DNA of 64,000 nucleotides from an uncultured Candidatus Saccharibacteria bacterium (GCA_964584225.1 CAZOZG010000001.1:21652-85651), one strand, 5' to 3'; shown: positions 1-8,918, numbered from the stretch's first letter. Notes: generated by a model from the letters alone, not told the origin. Translations and numbers: made by a program.

Positions 1-8
1 AAAATCAT

Positions 9-1208
9 ATGGCAGGAGAATTCAACCGAAGTAAGCCGCACGTCAACGTCGGCACCATCGGTCACGTCGACCACGGCAAGACCACGCTCACTGCAGCGAT
101 CTTGAATGTGCTCAACAAGGCCGGCAATGGATACTCGGCGACCGTCAAAGGCGTCGATGATATCGACAAGGCGCCTGAGGAAAAGGCGCGTGGTATTACG
201 ATCTCGCTCTCACACTCTGAGTACGAGACACCGAAGCGTCACTACGCGCACGTCGATGCGCCTGGTCACGCCGACTACATCAAGAACATGATTACAGGTG
301 CTGCGCAGATGGATGGAGCAATCCTTGTCGTTGCAGCAACTGACGGCGTGATGCCGCAGACGCGTGAGCACATTCTTCTCGCACGCCAAGTCGGCGTGCC
401 GAAGATCGTTGTCTTCCTCAACAAAGTAGACATGGTCGACGACAAAGACCTCGTCGATCTCGTCGAAGAGGAAGTCCGCGAGCTTCTCACGAAGCAAGGA
501 TTCGATGGTAAGGCCGCACCGGTCATCCGCGGATCCGGTCTCAAGGCTCTTGAGAATCCGGCACCGGGAAATGAATGGAGCGATAAAGTCATGGAGCTTG
601 TGAAAGCGCTTGATGAGTACATTCCAGAACCTGTCCGCGAACTCGACAAGCCGTTCTTGATGGCAATCGAAGACGTCTTCTCGATCGAGGGTCGTGGCAC
701 AGTGGTCACCGGCCGCATCGACCGCGGTATCATCAAAGTCGGTGAGGAAGTGGAAATCATCGGTATCAAGGATACGGTAAAGACGACCGTCACCGGCGTC
801 GAAATGTTCAACAAATCACTTCAGCAAGGTCAGGCCGGCGACAACGCGGGCGTGCTTTTGCGCGGAACGAAGAAAGAAGACGTGCACCGCGGCCAAGTCT
901 TGGCGAAGCCAGGCGCCACGAAGCCGCACACTGAATTCGAATCAGAAGTCTATATTCTGACGAAGGAAGAGGGTGGCCGTCACACACCGTTCTTCTCGGG
1001 CTACAAGCCGCAGTTCTACGTCCGAACGACAGACGTCACTGGTGAAGTGACGCTCAAGGAAGGCGTGGAAATGGTTATGCCGGGCGACACCGTCACTTTC
1101 AAGGTGAAGCTCGTCGGTCCGATCGCGCTTGAAGACCAGATGCGTTTCGCCATCCGCGAGGGTGGTAAAACAGTGGGCGCAGGCGTGGTAACGAAAATTG
1201 TTGCCTAA
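9..1208 (+). CDS. tuf: Elongation factor Tu
   Basis: [25 protein letters not shown] motifs; C-terminus [10 protein letters not shown]. Confidence 0.99.
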   Translation: MAGEFNRSKPHVNVGTIGHVDHGKTTLTAAILNVLNKAGNGYSATVKGVDDIDKAPEEKARGITISLSHSEYETPKRHYAHVDAPGHADYIKNMITGAAQMDGAILVVAATDGVMPQTREHILLARQVGVPKIVVFLNKVDMVDDKDLVDLVEEEVRELLTKQGFDGKAAPVIRGSGLKALENPAPGNEWSDKVMELVKALDEYIPEPVRELDKPFLMAIEDVFSIEGRGTVVTGRIDRGIIKVGEEVEIIGIKDTVKTTVTGVEMFNKSLQQGQAGDNAGVLLRGTKKEDVHRGQVLAKPGATKPHTEFESEVYILTKEEGGRHTPFFSGYKPQFYVRTTDVTGEVTLKEGVEMVMPGDTVTFKVKLVGPIALEDQMRFAIREGGKTVGAGVVTKIVA

Positions 1209-1230
1209 CCTCTCGAACAAAAAAGTGCAC

Positions 1231-1259
1231 ACACCGGCCGCCCGAAGGGCGGCCGGTGT
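1231..1259 (+). terminator. GC-rich hairpin after tuf
   Basis: ACACCGGCCGCCC-GAA-GGGCGGCCGGTGT perfect stem 22 nt after the stop; weak U tail. Confidence 0.7.
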
Positions 1260-1273
1260 CGTATACTTTGAGC

Positions 1274-1621
1274 ATGAATTGGAGAGCTTTTGCGATGTCG
1301 TTTGGCGTTTCAATAAGCATTTTCGTTGTGTTGTTTCTGTGGATGCTCTTGGTATTGAATCAGCCGTGCCAACAAGGATCGCCATCAGATTGCGAGGCAG
1401 AAGGAATGGCAGCTGAACTCACTCTTTTTTTTGGTGGAGCCGTTTTGGTGGTCGGAGGTCTCGTCATTTCGCTTGTGAGTGCAGTTCTGTCAGGCGTTGT
1501 AGCAAAACGCAAAGAAAAAGCAACTGGCATTACGATTCTTTTGAGTCATATTGCGGTTTACACCTTCTTTGGAGTCGTTTGTGTAGTTATTGGATTTTAC
1601 CTGCTGCTACGTTTCCTCTAA
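1274..1621 (+). CDS. Hypothetical membrane protein (about 3 TM)
   Basis: Hydrophobic segments; TATACT at 1262-1267, 6 nt before ATG. Confidence 0.7.
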   Translation: MNWRAFAMSFGVSISIFVVLFLWMLLVLNQPCQQGSPSDCEAEGMAAELTLFFGGAVLVVGGLVISLVSAVLSGVVAKRKEKATGITILLSHIAVYTFFGVVCVVIGFYLLLRFL

Positions 1622-1628
1622 AGGAAAA

Positions 1629-1686
1629 AGGTGTCAGGTACCATTTTCTCGGCTCAAGACGATTGGGGAGATGGGGTCTGACCCCT
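1629..1686. repeat. REP-like imperfect inverted pair
   Basis: AGGTGTCAGGTACCATTTTC facing GAGATGGGGTCTGACCCCT, which contains the palindrome GGGGTCTGACCCC. Confidence 0.45.
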
Positions 1687-1796
1687 CAGAAATGAATAAG
1701 TTGTGGCGTAATCATTCTCTCTCAACCACGCAACTGTTTGCTCGGCTCAAACGGATTGAGTTGTGTGAATTGGTGCTGTGCTATACTCTCCAAGCT

Positions 1797-2096
1797 ATGG
1801 CAAAGGTAAAGAACGAGACAGGGGAAATACTTGAAATCGTAAATTTCATCAAGGATCATATGGTGACAAACATGGCCACTAAGGACGAACTAGGTGAGTT
1901 TCGCTCGGAGGCGAATGAGCGATTTTTTGAGATTAATGGTCGACTTGTATCGATCGAACAAGATCTTAAGGACATCAAGCGTCGAATCACAACTCTTGAG
2001 GACAAACTCGAAAAGCATCGCGTCGTGACGAAAGACGAGCTCGATGAGGTCTGGAAACATGTCGCGGCAATCGAGAAGCACTTAAAGATGCATTGA
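1797..2096 (+). CDS. Small coiled-coil hypothetical protein
   Basis: MATKDEL and VVTKDEL repeats with heptad pattern; TGCTATACT upstream. Confidence 0.75.
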   Translation: MAKVKNETGEILEIVNFIKDHMVTNMATKDELGEFRSEANERFFEINGRLVSIEQDLKDIKRRITTLEDKLEKHRVVTKDELDEVWKHVAAIEKHLKMH

Positions 2097-2100
2097 CTTC

Positions 2101-2133
2101 AGCGCCGGCGTTGTCACAAAGATCGTCACTTAA
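2101..2133 (+). repeat. Displaced tuf 3'-end copy 1 ([10 protein letters not shown])
   Basis: Aligns ungapped to tuf 1176-1208; 10 differences in 33 nt, 8 at third codon positions; stop conserved. Confidence 0.9.
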
Positions 2134-2155
2134 TTTCGGACGAAGGTTCGAAAGC

Positions 2156-2183
2156 AGAAAACCCGCCGCAAGGCGGGTTTTCT
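2156..2183 (+). terminator. Intrinsic terminator, identical to 5440-5467
   Basis: AGAAAACCCGCC-GCAA-GGCGGGTTTTCT. Confidence 0.85.
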
Positions 2184-2200
2184 CATGCCATACTTTGCAT

Positions 2201-2748
2201 ATGGAAGAGATCAAAAAATCGATCGACCAAAGCCCGTACACAAAAGATTTACCAGAAAAGCGCAGAGAATCGCTCGCAGAGTTAGCGGTTTTCGTTCGCG
2301 AACTTCAAAAGCAATATCATGTGCGCGGACATGGAATCTCGACCGAACAAGAAGCAAAAAGTATTCAAGAGCACGGCCTCCATACCAAATGGTCTGCACT
2401 CCAAGACCTCACTCATGCGCTCGAGAAAGACGAGGCGAGAGTTGCACGTCAAGTGACGTACTGGATTTTGAAGCCCGAGAATACGTTGTCCTTATCGCGG
2501 TGCCTGTGCACGACGACTATATGGCGTCAGATGTTGCCGACGAAGATCGAGATGGATGGGTAAATCGCGAGCGATCAAAGAAATTTGCGCGAGCACATGT
2601 GTTTGAACCTGCCGAGCAGCCGGAAGGGATCCGTGTGCCTGAGGGCACAAACAAACGAATTCCATCCGAGAAGATAATTGGATACTGGGATGACAAAGAG
2701 GGGAAGCTCCACATCAACCCGACCTGGCAAGCAGCCCAAGCTTTGTAA
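2201..2748 (+). pseudogene. Hypothetical protein gene split by a frameshift near 2465
   Basis: MEEIKKS...VTYW in one frame continues as DFEAREYVVLIAVP...AQAL in another; one extra G would join them. Confidence 0.65.
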
Positions 2749-2765
2749 CCAAAATCGTCGCTTAC
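2745..2765 (+). repeat. Displaced tuf 3'-end copy 2 (VTKIVA)
   Basis: GTA ACC AAA ATC GTC GCT TAC versus tuf GTA ACG AAA ATT GTT GCC TAA. Confidence 0.8.
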
Positions 2766-2813
2766 GTAAAGCGATTTGGTATACTGTCCCGCACTATCAA
2801 ATAAATTTCTCGT

Positions 2814-3515
2814 ATGGCCAAATCAGGACGTCCGTGGACGGTGGGTGCGCACTCTGAGCTGAAGCAGATCGACGACAATCTCTGGACAGTCGAAGACGTG
2901 TTCGCTCAAGGGATACATCGCCGAATGTGCATCATCAAGCGCTCGGATGGCGCTCTTACCTTTTTTCACGCGGTACCTGTCGATGACGCGACGCTCGCGA
3001 AGATTCGCGCGCTCGGGCAACCAAAATACATCGTCGTCGGCCACGAGCAACACACGGTGGATACGCGTGCCTTTCAAGAAAAACTCGGCCTTTCGGCATA
3101 CGGTCCGAAAAAGCTCGCCGAGGCGCTCAGAAAAAGATTCAATCTCACCGGCGCCCTTGAAGATATCCCCGCTGATCCGTCGATAGAGTACATCGAGACG
3201 CCCGGATCAAAGAAGGGCGAGACGACGTTGCTCGTAAAAAGCGGTGGCGGCTCGCGGGTGAGCATTCTCACTTCAGATGTACTCCAGAATAATCCGCAGA
3301 ATCTTCGACTTATGTTCCGCTTGCTCGGTTTTGCTGGCGGGCCAAAAGTCGTCCCGGTCTACCGCATGCTCTTTACCTCCGACAAAAAAGTCCTCAAAGA
3401 CACGCTTGTGAAATGGGCTGCCATGCCGGGCTTGAAGCGCCTCGTACCCTTCCACGGCATTATCGTCGAAGACGGGGTGAGCGAGGCAATCAAGAAAGCC
3501 GCATCAGCACTATGA
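2814..3515 (+). CDS. DUF4336-like / metallo-beta-lactamase-fold protein
   Basis: IDDNLWTV, RRMCIIK, HEQH, SD and PFHG motifs. Confidence 0.65.
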   Translation: MAKSGRPWTVGAHSELKQIDDNLWTVEDVFAQGIHRRMCIIKRSDGALTFFHAVPVDDATLAKIRALGQPKYIVVGHEQHTVDTRAFQEKLGLSAYGPKKLAEALRKRFNLTGALEDIPADPSIEYIETPGSKKGETTLLVKSGGGSRVSILTSDVLQNNPQNLRLMFRLLGFAGGPKVVPVYRMLFTSDKKVLKDTLVKWAAMPGLKRLVPFHGIIVEDGVSEAIKKAASAL

Positions 3516-3943
3516 AGTCCGTCAAAACGAAAAACATCAAGCAAGTCGTGCTGTTCAAAGCGTCACCCCGTGAGCTCTATGCGATGCTCATGGATTCCAA
3601 AAGTCACGCGAAATTTACGGGCGAGAGCGCAAAGATGAGCAAAAAGATTGGCGCGAAATTTACCGCCTACGGCGGCTACATCACCGGCAAAAATCTCAAG
3701 CTGAAGCCCAGTCGCTTGATCGTCCAGGAGTGGCACATGAAAGGCTGGCCCACTGGCCACGCATCGAAAGTGATGTTTCTTTTCACAAAGACGAAAGATG
3801 GCACGAAGCTCACCTTTGGTCACACCGGCGTGCCTGCGACTAGCTACAAAGGCATCAACAGTGGGTGGAAGGAATCGTATTGGGACAAAATGAAAGTTGC
3901 GCTTGGCGAAAAGAAGGCGTCGAAGAAAAAGCGAGCCATGTAG
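3512..3943 (+). CDS. SRPBCC/AHSA1 (START-like) domain protein
   Basis: ASPRELY...LIVQEW...GTKLTFGHTGVP...SGWKESYW; ATGA overlap with upstream gene. Confidence 0.85.
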   Translation: MKSVKTKNIKQVVLFKASPRELYAMLMDSKSHAKFTGESAKMSKKIGAKFTAYGGYITGKNLKLKPSRLIVQEWHMKGWPTGHASKVMFLFTKTKDGTKLTFGHTGVPATSYKGINSGWKESYWDKMKVALGEKKASKKKRAM

Positions 3944-3966
3944 CTCCAGTCGTAGCGAGATTTCGC

Positions 3967-4010
3967 ACAAAGATTTGAGCGAAGACAGCCCGCCTGATGG
4001 CGGGTTTTCT
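3967..4010 (+). repeat. Degenerate tuf 3'-end copy 3 plus terminator
   Basis: ACA AAG ATT TGA (TKI*), then GCGAAGA as after copy 5, then CCCGCC-TGAT-GGCGGGTTTTCT. Confidence 0.6.
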
Positions 4011-4061
4011 GATTTTGTGGAATAGTTTGGCCACGTCGAAATCCCGCAGAAGGAGACAGAC

Positions 4062-4508
4062 ATGACTCTCGACGAGTTCGTTCAAGAGGCAAAAAGAAGG
4101 AAGATTGGCGACGGCACGGTAGTCATCGATGCTCGCACGTACGCGTTCGACATCCTGCCCGCGAGCTTCCAGCCAGCAATACCGTTCTTCGTCGGGTATC
4201 CGATGGACTACCTCTTCATATCCGATGAGGTGCCGGAGCAGTATCGCATGGCAGCTCTTGCTCATGAGATCCTGTGCGAACGCTTTAGATTGAGTGGCGA
4301 TCACGCGCACTGCGAGCGCGCAGTGGCGGAAGAGATGAAGTACATCCCGGCCGATGCCGACAGGGATTACTACATTTCGCTGCGGCTCAAAATGTTCGAC
4401 TCTCTCATCGAGGTGTACGAGCGGGATGGTCAACATGATTCCGCCCGGCAAATGGTCGCACCACGCGATGCGTTCAAAGCCATGGTCGGAAAGCGATCAA
4501 TCCAATGA
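4062..4508 (+). CDS. Hypothetical protein, possible metal-binding HE motif
   Basis: AGGAG SD; LAHEILCE...HAHC. Confidence 0.75.
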   Translation: MTLDEFVQEAKRRKIGDGTVVIDARTYAFDILPASFQPAIPFFVGYPMDYLFISDEVPEQYRMAALAHEILCERFRLSGDHAHCERAVAEEMKYIPADADRDYYISLRLKMFDSLIEVYERDGQHDSARQMVAPRDAFKAMVGKRSIQ

Positions 4509-4510
4509 AG

Positions 4511-4557
4511 GCGACATTCGTCGCTTATCCGAAAGCCCCGGTCTTCGCCGGGGCTTT
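4511..4557 (+). repeat. Possible degenerate tuf 3'-end copy 4 plus terminator
   Basis: GCG ACA TTC GTC GCT TAT, then AAAGCCCCGG-TCTTCG-CCGGGGCTTT. Confidence 0.4.
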
Positions 4558-4626
4558 GCTTTTCGCTTCCGCGATAGTGTGCTATCAATTCCCGAGCCAT
4601 CAAATAGATAGGAATAGGAGAAGAGG

Positions 4627-5331
4627 ATGCAAAGAGCAACTTCGCTCGGTGACATCACGCGAAGCGTGATGTGCATATCAAACTTCCGCCCCGGAGTGGG
4701 CCTCGATGCCTCAGGGACGGCGTGGTTCCTCAGGCCCACCGTCGTCGTGACTGCCGCGCATACTGCCTCAGGTATGAGCATGTGCCGTGAGTGGCAGCCG
4801 ATTTTGTGCAGGCACGTTGATAAAGGTGGTTCGAAGGAAGTCGCGTCTCTCAACGCCGCGCGGCTCATGAGTGTCGGGAGTCAACGCATTACTCCCGAAA
4901 CGAAGTGGCCTGTGGCTGCGACGATGTACGATGACATCGCACTTCTGGAGCTCCAGGAAGAAGTCCCTCACGCGCACATGCTCGCAGTGGAGCACGAACT
5001 TCCACCTGTGGGTACTCGCGTCGGCTGCGTCGGTTTCCCGCACGGGCAAATGGCTTTGGCGGTTGGCGAAATATTCGAATATGAATCGGGGCAGCCTCTC
5101 GCCATGAGGTTGAATCTCGGGCTCCAGGGGATCGCACCGACCGTGATGCGTTTCGGATCTTCGGGGGCGCCAATAGTGGGCCGGCGGGGTCGCGCCGTCG
5201 CGGTGCTCACGGGCTTGTGCGAGCCAGACGATCCTTTCGAACTTCTCTTCTCGCTCAGACCGAAACCGACGAACTTTGCGATTCACATCTCGCTGATCAC
5301 GCCTCTACTGCAGGAGCTGGGGCTGGGGTGA
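4627..5331 (+). CDS. Trypsin-like serine protease
   Basis: TAAH, DDIALL, GSSGAP triad motifs. Confidence 0.85.
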   Translation: MQRATSLGDITRSVMCISNFRPGVGLDASGTAWFLRPTVVVTAAHTASGMSMCREWQPILCRHVDKGGSKEVASLNAARLMSVGSQRITPETKWPVAATMYDDIALLELQEEVPHAHMLAVEHELPPVGTRVGCVGFPHGQMALAVGEIFEYESGQPLAMRLNLGLQGIAPTVMRFGSSGAPIVGRRGRAVAVLTGLCEPDDPFELLFSLRPKPTNFAIHISLITPLLQELGLG

Positions 5332-5399
5332 GGTGAATCCACGAACATACCAAAAGGCATCGCCCCGCGCGCATGCCTTTTGTTTTTTTTCAATAACGC

Positions 5400-5467
5400 A
5401 CTAAAATCGTCGCTTAAGCGAAGAGGGAAGCCTCTTTCAAGAAAACCCGCCGCAAGGCGGGTTTTCT
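5400..5467 (+). repeat. Displaced tuf 3'-end copy 5 (TKIVA*) plus terminator
   Basis: ACT AAA ATC GTC GCT TAA at 5400-5417; terminator 5440-5467 identical to 2156-2183. Confidence 0.85.
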
Positions 5468-5502
5468 ACAGGTTGAGTGTCTGCTATAGTTTTCATCCCA
5501 GT

Positions 5503-6642
5503 ATGAATGACATACCAATATCTACTCGGTGGTTAAACGAAGCTGCTGACACCACAAATCAGTCAATTGCTCAAAATGTTTATCTGATCCATTGTCCCAA
5601 AACGCAAAGCAAGGGCACTGGTTTCGTGATCCCGACTGGTCATATTGTAACCAACTGGCACGTTATTAAAGATTGCGGAGCTAATGAGATAAAAGCCATA
5701 TCAACCAACGGTACGCAAATCGACTTTTCGAGCCTCATTGCAGACGAAAACCGAGATCTCGCTGTTCTCAAACCAACCATAGATTTAGGAGGTGGTTTAG
5801 AAATCCATGACGAAACCGAAAAAGTTCAAACAAAAGTATTAACGTGGGGACACCCGCTCGCATATAACGGACCTTCTCCGATTCTTTCCGTAGGCTACAT
5901 CGCTGGTTTTAATGAATACAAGAAAAATGCAACTGCGCCCGTGGTTAAGCGGTACGTCATCAACGGAGCCTTTAATCCTGGAAACTCAGGCGGACCTCTC
6001 CTCGCGGATCGAACAGCTAAAGTTGTTGGTGTGGTAGTTGCAAAACACGCGCCGATTCCGGATTTTCTACAGGCTGCTCTCGATGCCCTCAACAATAACA
6101 AGTCAGGATTCATGTACACAGCTTCGCATAATGGCGTGAGTAAAGGCTCGTTCTCTGAGGCTCAGCTAGTCGGCATGCTGCTGGATCATCAAAGAAAACT
6201 GACTCAGGTGATGATTGGAGAGGCCATATCCAGCTCTGAGCTGATAGCTTTTCTACAAGAAAGCAAAATTTTTCCCGAGAATAATGATATTCGTGGCTTG
6301 TCGGCAATATTTACGCGGTTTCTGAATTCAGTCTCAGACTTGACTGACAAATTTTATGATACTTTCGGGTTGTTTCTTGTTGTCGGGGGAAGTTTGCTGG
6401 CAGCAATGGCTATAGGCGAATTTCCAGGTCACTCAAGAATAGGCACTGATTCTGGCGAATACAGCATCATCGTAATGAAGCATCCAGTTTGGTTAAAATT
6501 GGGACTCATCGCCGTTGTGGTTGGATTTATCGTTCAGCTTTCGGACAACCTGATGACTGTTCATAAATTAGGTGGAAAAAGACTTTACTGGGCTTTAGGT
6601 GCCCTGTTAGTTTATTTGATACTTTTTGTAATGGCGAATTAG
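5503..6642 (+). CDS. Trypsin-like serine protease with C-terminal TM segments
   Basis: GTGFV, TNWHV, DLAVL, NPGNSGGPL; hydrophobic tail; visibly lower GC. Confidence 0.85.
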   Translation: MNDIPISTRWLNEAADTTNQSIAQNVYLIHCPKTQSKGTGFVIPTGHIVTNWHVIKDCGANEIKAISTNGTQIDFSSLIADENRDLAVLKPTIDLGGGLEIHDETEKVQTKVLTWGHPLAYNGPSPILSVGYIAGFNEYKKNATAPVVKRYVINGAFNPGNSGGPLLADRTAKVVGVVVAKHAPIPDFLQAALDALNNNKSGFMYTASHNGVSKGSFSEAQLVGMLLDHQRKLTQVMIGEAISSSELIAFLQESKIFPENNDIRGLSAIFTRFLNSVSDLTDKFYDTFGLFLVVGGSLLAAMAIGEFPGHSRIGTDSGEYSIIVMKHPVWLKLGLIAVVVGFIVQLSDNLMTVHKLGGKRLYWALGALLVYLILFVMAN

Positions 6643-6650
6643 TCTAAATC

Positions 6651-6675
6651 GGCGATTACGAAAACTGTAAGTTCA
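6651..6675 (+). repeat. Possible degenerate tuf 3'-end copy 6
   Basis: GGCG ATT ACG AAA ACT GTA versus tuf GGCGTG GTA ACG AAA ATT GTT. Confidence 0.4.
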
Positions 6676-6693
6676 ATTTGGTATAGTGGCGGG

Positions 6694-7149
6694 ATGAATA
6701 TTCTCAAACAATGGGTGTGGCCGGTGGTGGCGGGGTTTGTGGTGGCGTCGATAATCATGCTGATTTTTGAATGGATCAATCATTATTTGTTTCCGTTGCC
6801 GGGAGGACTGGACCCGATGGATACGGCTGCAGTGCAGGCTTTTACCGCATCCTTGCCGTGGACGGTGTACATTCTCGTATTTGTCGGCTGGGCATTCGGC
6901 GCATTTGAAGGCGGCTGCACGACCGCGTGGCTCGGGAAGGGTAAGCAAATTCAACTGGTATCGGTGCTTGCCGCGATCTTGGTGGCGGCCGGCACATTCG
7001 ACATGACCGTACTCGGATTCCCCATGATTGCAATAGTCCTCGGCATCCTCGTCCTTGCGGCTTTTCCATACCTTGGCCGCCTCGCGATGAATACCTTTAT
7101 GAAAAGAAAAATGGCAGCGATGGCGGCGACCAATACTTCACAAGTATAA
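6694..7149 (+). CDS. Membrane protein (about 4 TM)
   Basis: Hydrophobic helices, LFPLPGGLDP loop; TATAGT 6 nt before ATG. Confidence 0.8.
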   Translation: MNILKQWVWPVVAGFVVASIIMLIFEWINHYLFPLPGGLDPMDTAAVQAFTASLPWTVYILVFVGWAFGAFEGGCTTAWLGKGKQIQLVSVLAAILVAAGTFDMTVLGFPMIAIVLGILVLAAFPYLGRLAMNTFMKRKMAAMAATNTSQV

Positions 7150-7154
7150 AAAGG

Positions 7155-7185
7155 AAAGACCGCGGCGAGATTCGCCGCGGTCTTT
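7155..7185. terminator. Bidirectional terminator
   Basis: AAAGACCGCGGCGA-GAT-TCGCCGCGGTCTTT between convergent genes. Confidence 0.8.
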
Positions 7186-7193
7186 GTCGGGGA

Positions 7194-7574
7194 TTACGAA
7201 GCCTTGTTCAATTGCACAGCTGCATTGTGCACGAGGCAGATGTTGGGAATGAGACCCGAAAGCAGCATCTCGCGCGGAGACTTATTGCCGAGCTCCGCAA
7301 GCGGTGCTCTGAGCCATTCTGTCAGCGGCTTGCGCTTGTTGAAACGCCGATCAAGCTGTTCCCGGATGTCGATAATGGTGCCGACGAGTTGGATCTCGCT
7401 CATCACGGGGCAATGAAGCAGTTCCGTTTTCACCGCTCCGAGTTCGGACTTTCGCCTGATCCGTTCGAAAAAGACGCGTGCGATCTGGGTCGGCGCGAAG
7501 CCGAGGTGCTTGAGGGATTCGAATGCAGTATCGATACGATTTGCAAACGACACTTTGGGGGTACGTGCTGGCAT
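7194..7574 (-). CDS. Xre/MbcA/ParS (DUF2384)-like antitoxin-domain protein
   Basis: EWLRAPLAELGNKSPREMLLSG; AGGAG SD. Confidence 0.7.
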   Translation of the reverse strand: MPARTPKVSFANRIDTAFESLKHLGFAPTQIARVFFERIRRKSELGAVKTELLHCPVMSEIQLVGTIIDIREQLDRRFNKRKPLTEWLRAPLAELGNKSPREMLLSGLIPNICLVHNAAVQLNKAS

Positions 7575-7590
7575 GGTGATCTCTCCTTTT

Positions 7591-7610
7591 TGCCGGTCTG
7601 CACCCTAGCA
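7591..7610 (-). promoter_or_regulatory. Shared promoter/leader motif copy
   Basis: TGCTAGGGTGCAGACCGGCA on the minus strand. Confidence 0.65.
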
Positions 7611-7707
7611 CAAAATCTTTTTTTAAGAAATGAGCCAGCACGCGTACAAAGGAACGGCCGCGCGGTGAAAACCGCGCGGCTCTGATATGTCGATCGCCAA
7701 GTCGTTC

Positions 7708-7797
7708 TTAGCCGATGAGGTCGAAATAGTTGATCACGGTGAGCACGACCACTACAACCGCGACGAGGAACAAAAAGAATTTCACACACCCTGGCAT
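7708..7797 (-). CDS. 29-aa single-TM peptide
   Basis: MPGCVKFFLFLVAVVVVVLTVINYFDLIG, starting 2 nt after the upstream stop; counterpart at 12445-12525. Confidence 0.6.
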   Translation of the reverse strand: MPGCVKFFLFLVAVVVVVLTVINYFDLIG

Positions 7798-7799
7798 GG

Positions 7800-8117
7800 C
7801 TACTTCTTCTCCTTGAAGTTGGGAATCGTCTGGATGGTTACGCCACTTATGATTGCTGCGACACCGACAACCGCAGCCAGAGATACAAGCACGTCGATGA
7901 CAAAAAACACGCGTAAGACCACTGGCCGGTAGATCACGATCAGTGGGAAGGCGACCCAATAGCTCGTACAGAACGGGCAACTGAGGAACGATTTGGGACC
8001 GAATTTTTTGGTGAACCAGTCCCGGAGCGGCTCACCGATATCAGCTTTCGTCAGGGTGACAGAAATCGCTGACACGGCGAAACCAAGGTAGATGATACCG
8101 ATGAACTGATCAATCAT
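7800..8117 (-). CDS. DUF1360-like membrane protein with CPFC motif
   Basis: PLRDW...LSCPFCTSYWV; paralog of 12531-12872. Confidence 0.75.
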   Translation of the reverse strand: MIDQFIGIIYLGFAVSAISVTLTKADIGEPLRDWFTKKFGPKSFLSCPFCTSYWVAFPLIVIYRPVVLRVFFVIDVLVSLAAVVGVAAIISGVTIQTIPNFKEKK

Positions 8118-8132
8118 GATCGAGACCCTCTC

Positions 8133-8152
8133 TTCCGACCGGCACCCTACCA
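8133..8152 (-). promoter_or_regulatory. Shared promoter/leader motif copy
   Basis: TGGTAGGGTGCCGGTCGGAA on the minus strand. Confidence 0.65.
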
Positions 8153-8199
8153 TAAAACGTGTTTTCGAGAAATCGGGAACCATTTGTTACAATCCGCGC

Positions 8200-8631
8200 A
8201 TGGCAGCAGTAAAGACGCATGTGACGAAGACGAGCCTCGCGAAATATATCGCGAGTATTCCAGACGCTGTGCGACGCGCCGAGGCGAAGAAGGTCGCCGC
8301 GCTTCTGCAGGCGATCACCAAAGAAAAGCCGACTGTGTGGAGCAACGGTATGGTCGGGTACGGCATGTACCACTTCAAATCGGAGCACACGTCGCACGAG
8401 GGCGATTGGCCGATGGCCGCCTTTTCCGCGCGCAAAGCCAACATCAGCATCTATCTCATGGGCGGGATGGGCGCTGCGAAAAAGCAGGGCGCACTTTTGA
8501 AAAAGCTCGGGCCGCACACGGCTTCGAGCGGCGGATGCGTCTATATCAAGCGTTTGGATAAAGTTGACATGAGCGTCCTCAAGAAAGTGATCGCAGCGGG
8601 TTACGCCGACATGAAAAAGAAATACGGCTGA
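8200..8631 (+). CDS. DUF1801 (YdhG-like) protein
   Basis: VWSNGMVGYGMYH, FSARKANISIY, KLGPH, CVYIKRL. Confidence 0.85.
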   Translation: MAAVKTHVTKTSLAKYIASIPDAVRRAEAKKVAALLQAITKEKPTVWSNGMVGYGMYHFKSEHTSHEGDWPMAAFSARKANISIYLMGGMGAAKKQGALLKKLGPHTASSGGCVYIKRLDKVDMSVLKKVIAAGYADMKKKYG

Positions 8632-8632
8632 T

Positions 8633-8860
8633 ATGAAAAAACTCCCGGCGTGGACGCACAAGCTCATCATGCCAGCGCTCCTTACGTTTATCATGACCGC
8701 AATCGTCTGCGCGCTCGCGACGATTCGCGCCGCAGGAGCGAACGCGACGATCGGGCTGTGGTTTGGCTCGTGGATGTTTGCGTGGGCCGTCGCGTTTCCG
8801 ACGGTACTCGTCGTCCTTCCGCTTCTCAACACATTCCTCAAGCTCATCATCGAAGACTAG
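8633..8860 (+). CDS. DUF2798-like small membrane protein
   Basis: WFGSWMFAWAVAFP motif. Confidence 0.75.
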   Translation: MKKLPAWTHKLIMPALLTFIMTAIVCALATIRAAGANATIGLWFGSWMFAWAVAFPTVLVVLPLLNTFLKLIIED

Positions 8861-8918
8861 CCGTGTCCTCGGGTGAGCTTTCTGTGCTATGCTCTCGGCA
8901 TATTCATAATTTTTTGCT

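Noticed and set aside
2455-2475. Programmed -1 frameshift at GGATTTT
   Set aside because: The heptamer is not in the required reading phase and no clear stimulatory structure follows; a 1-nt deletion or sequencing error is simpler.
1203-6700. Classical integron (GCCTAAC at the tuf stop resembles an attC inverse core)
   Set aside because: No matching GTTRRRY or attC folds and no tyrosine recombinase in the window; the repeats are better explained as tuf tails.
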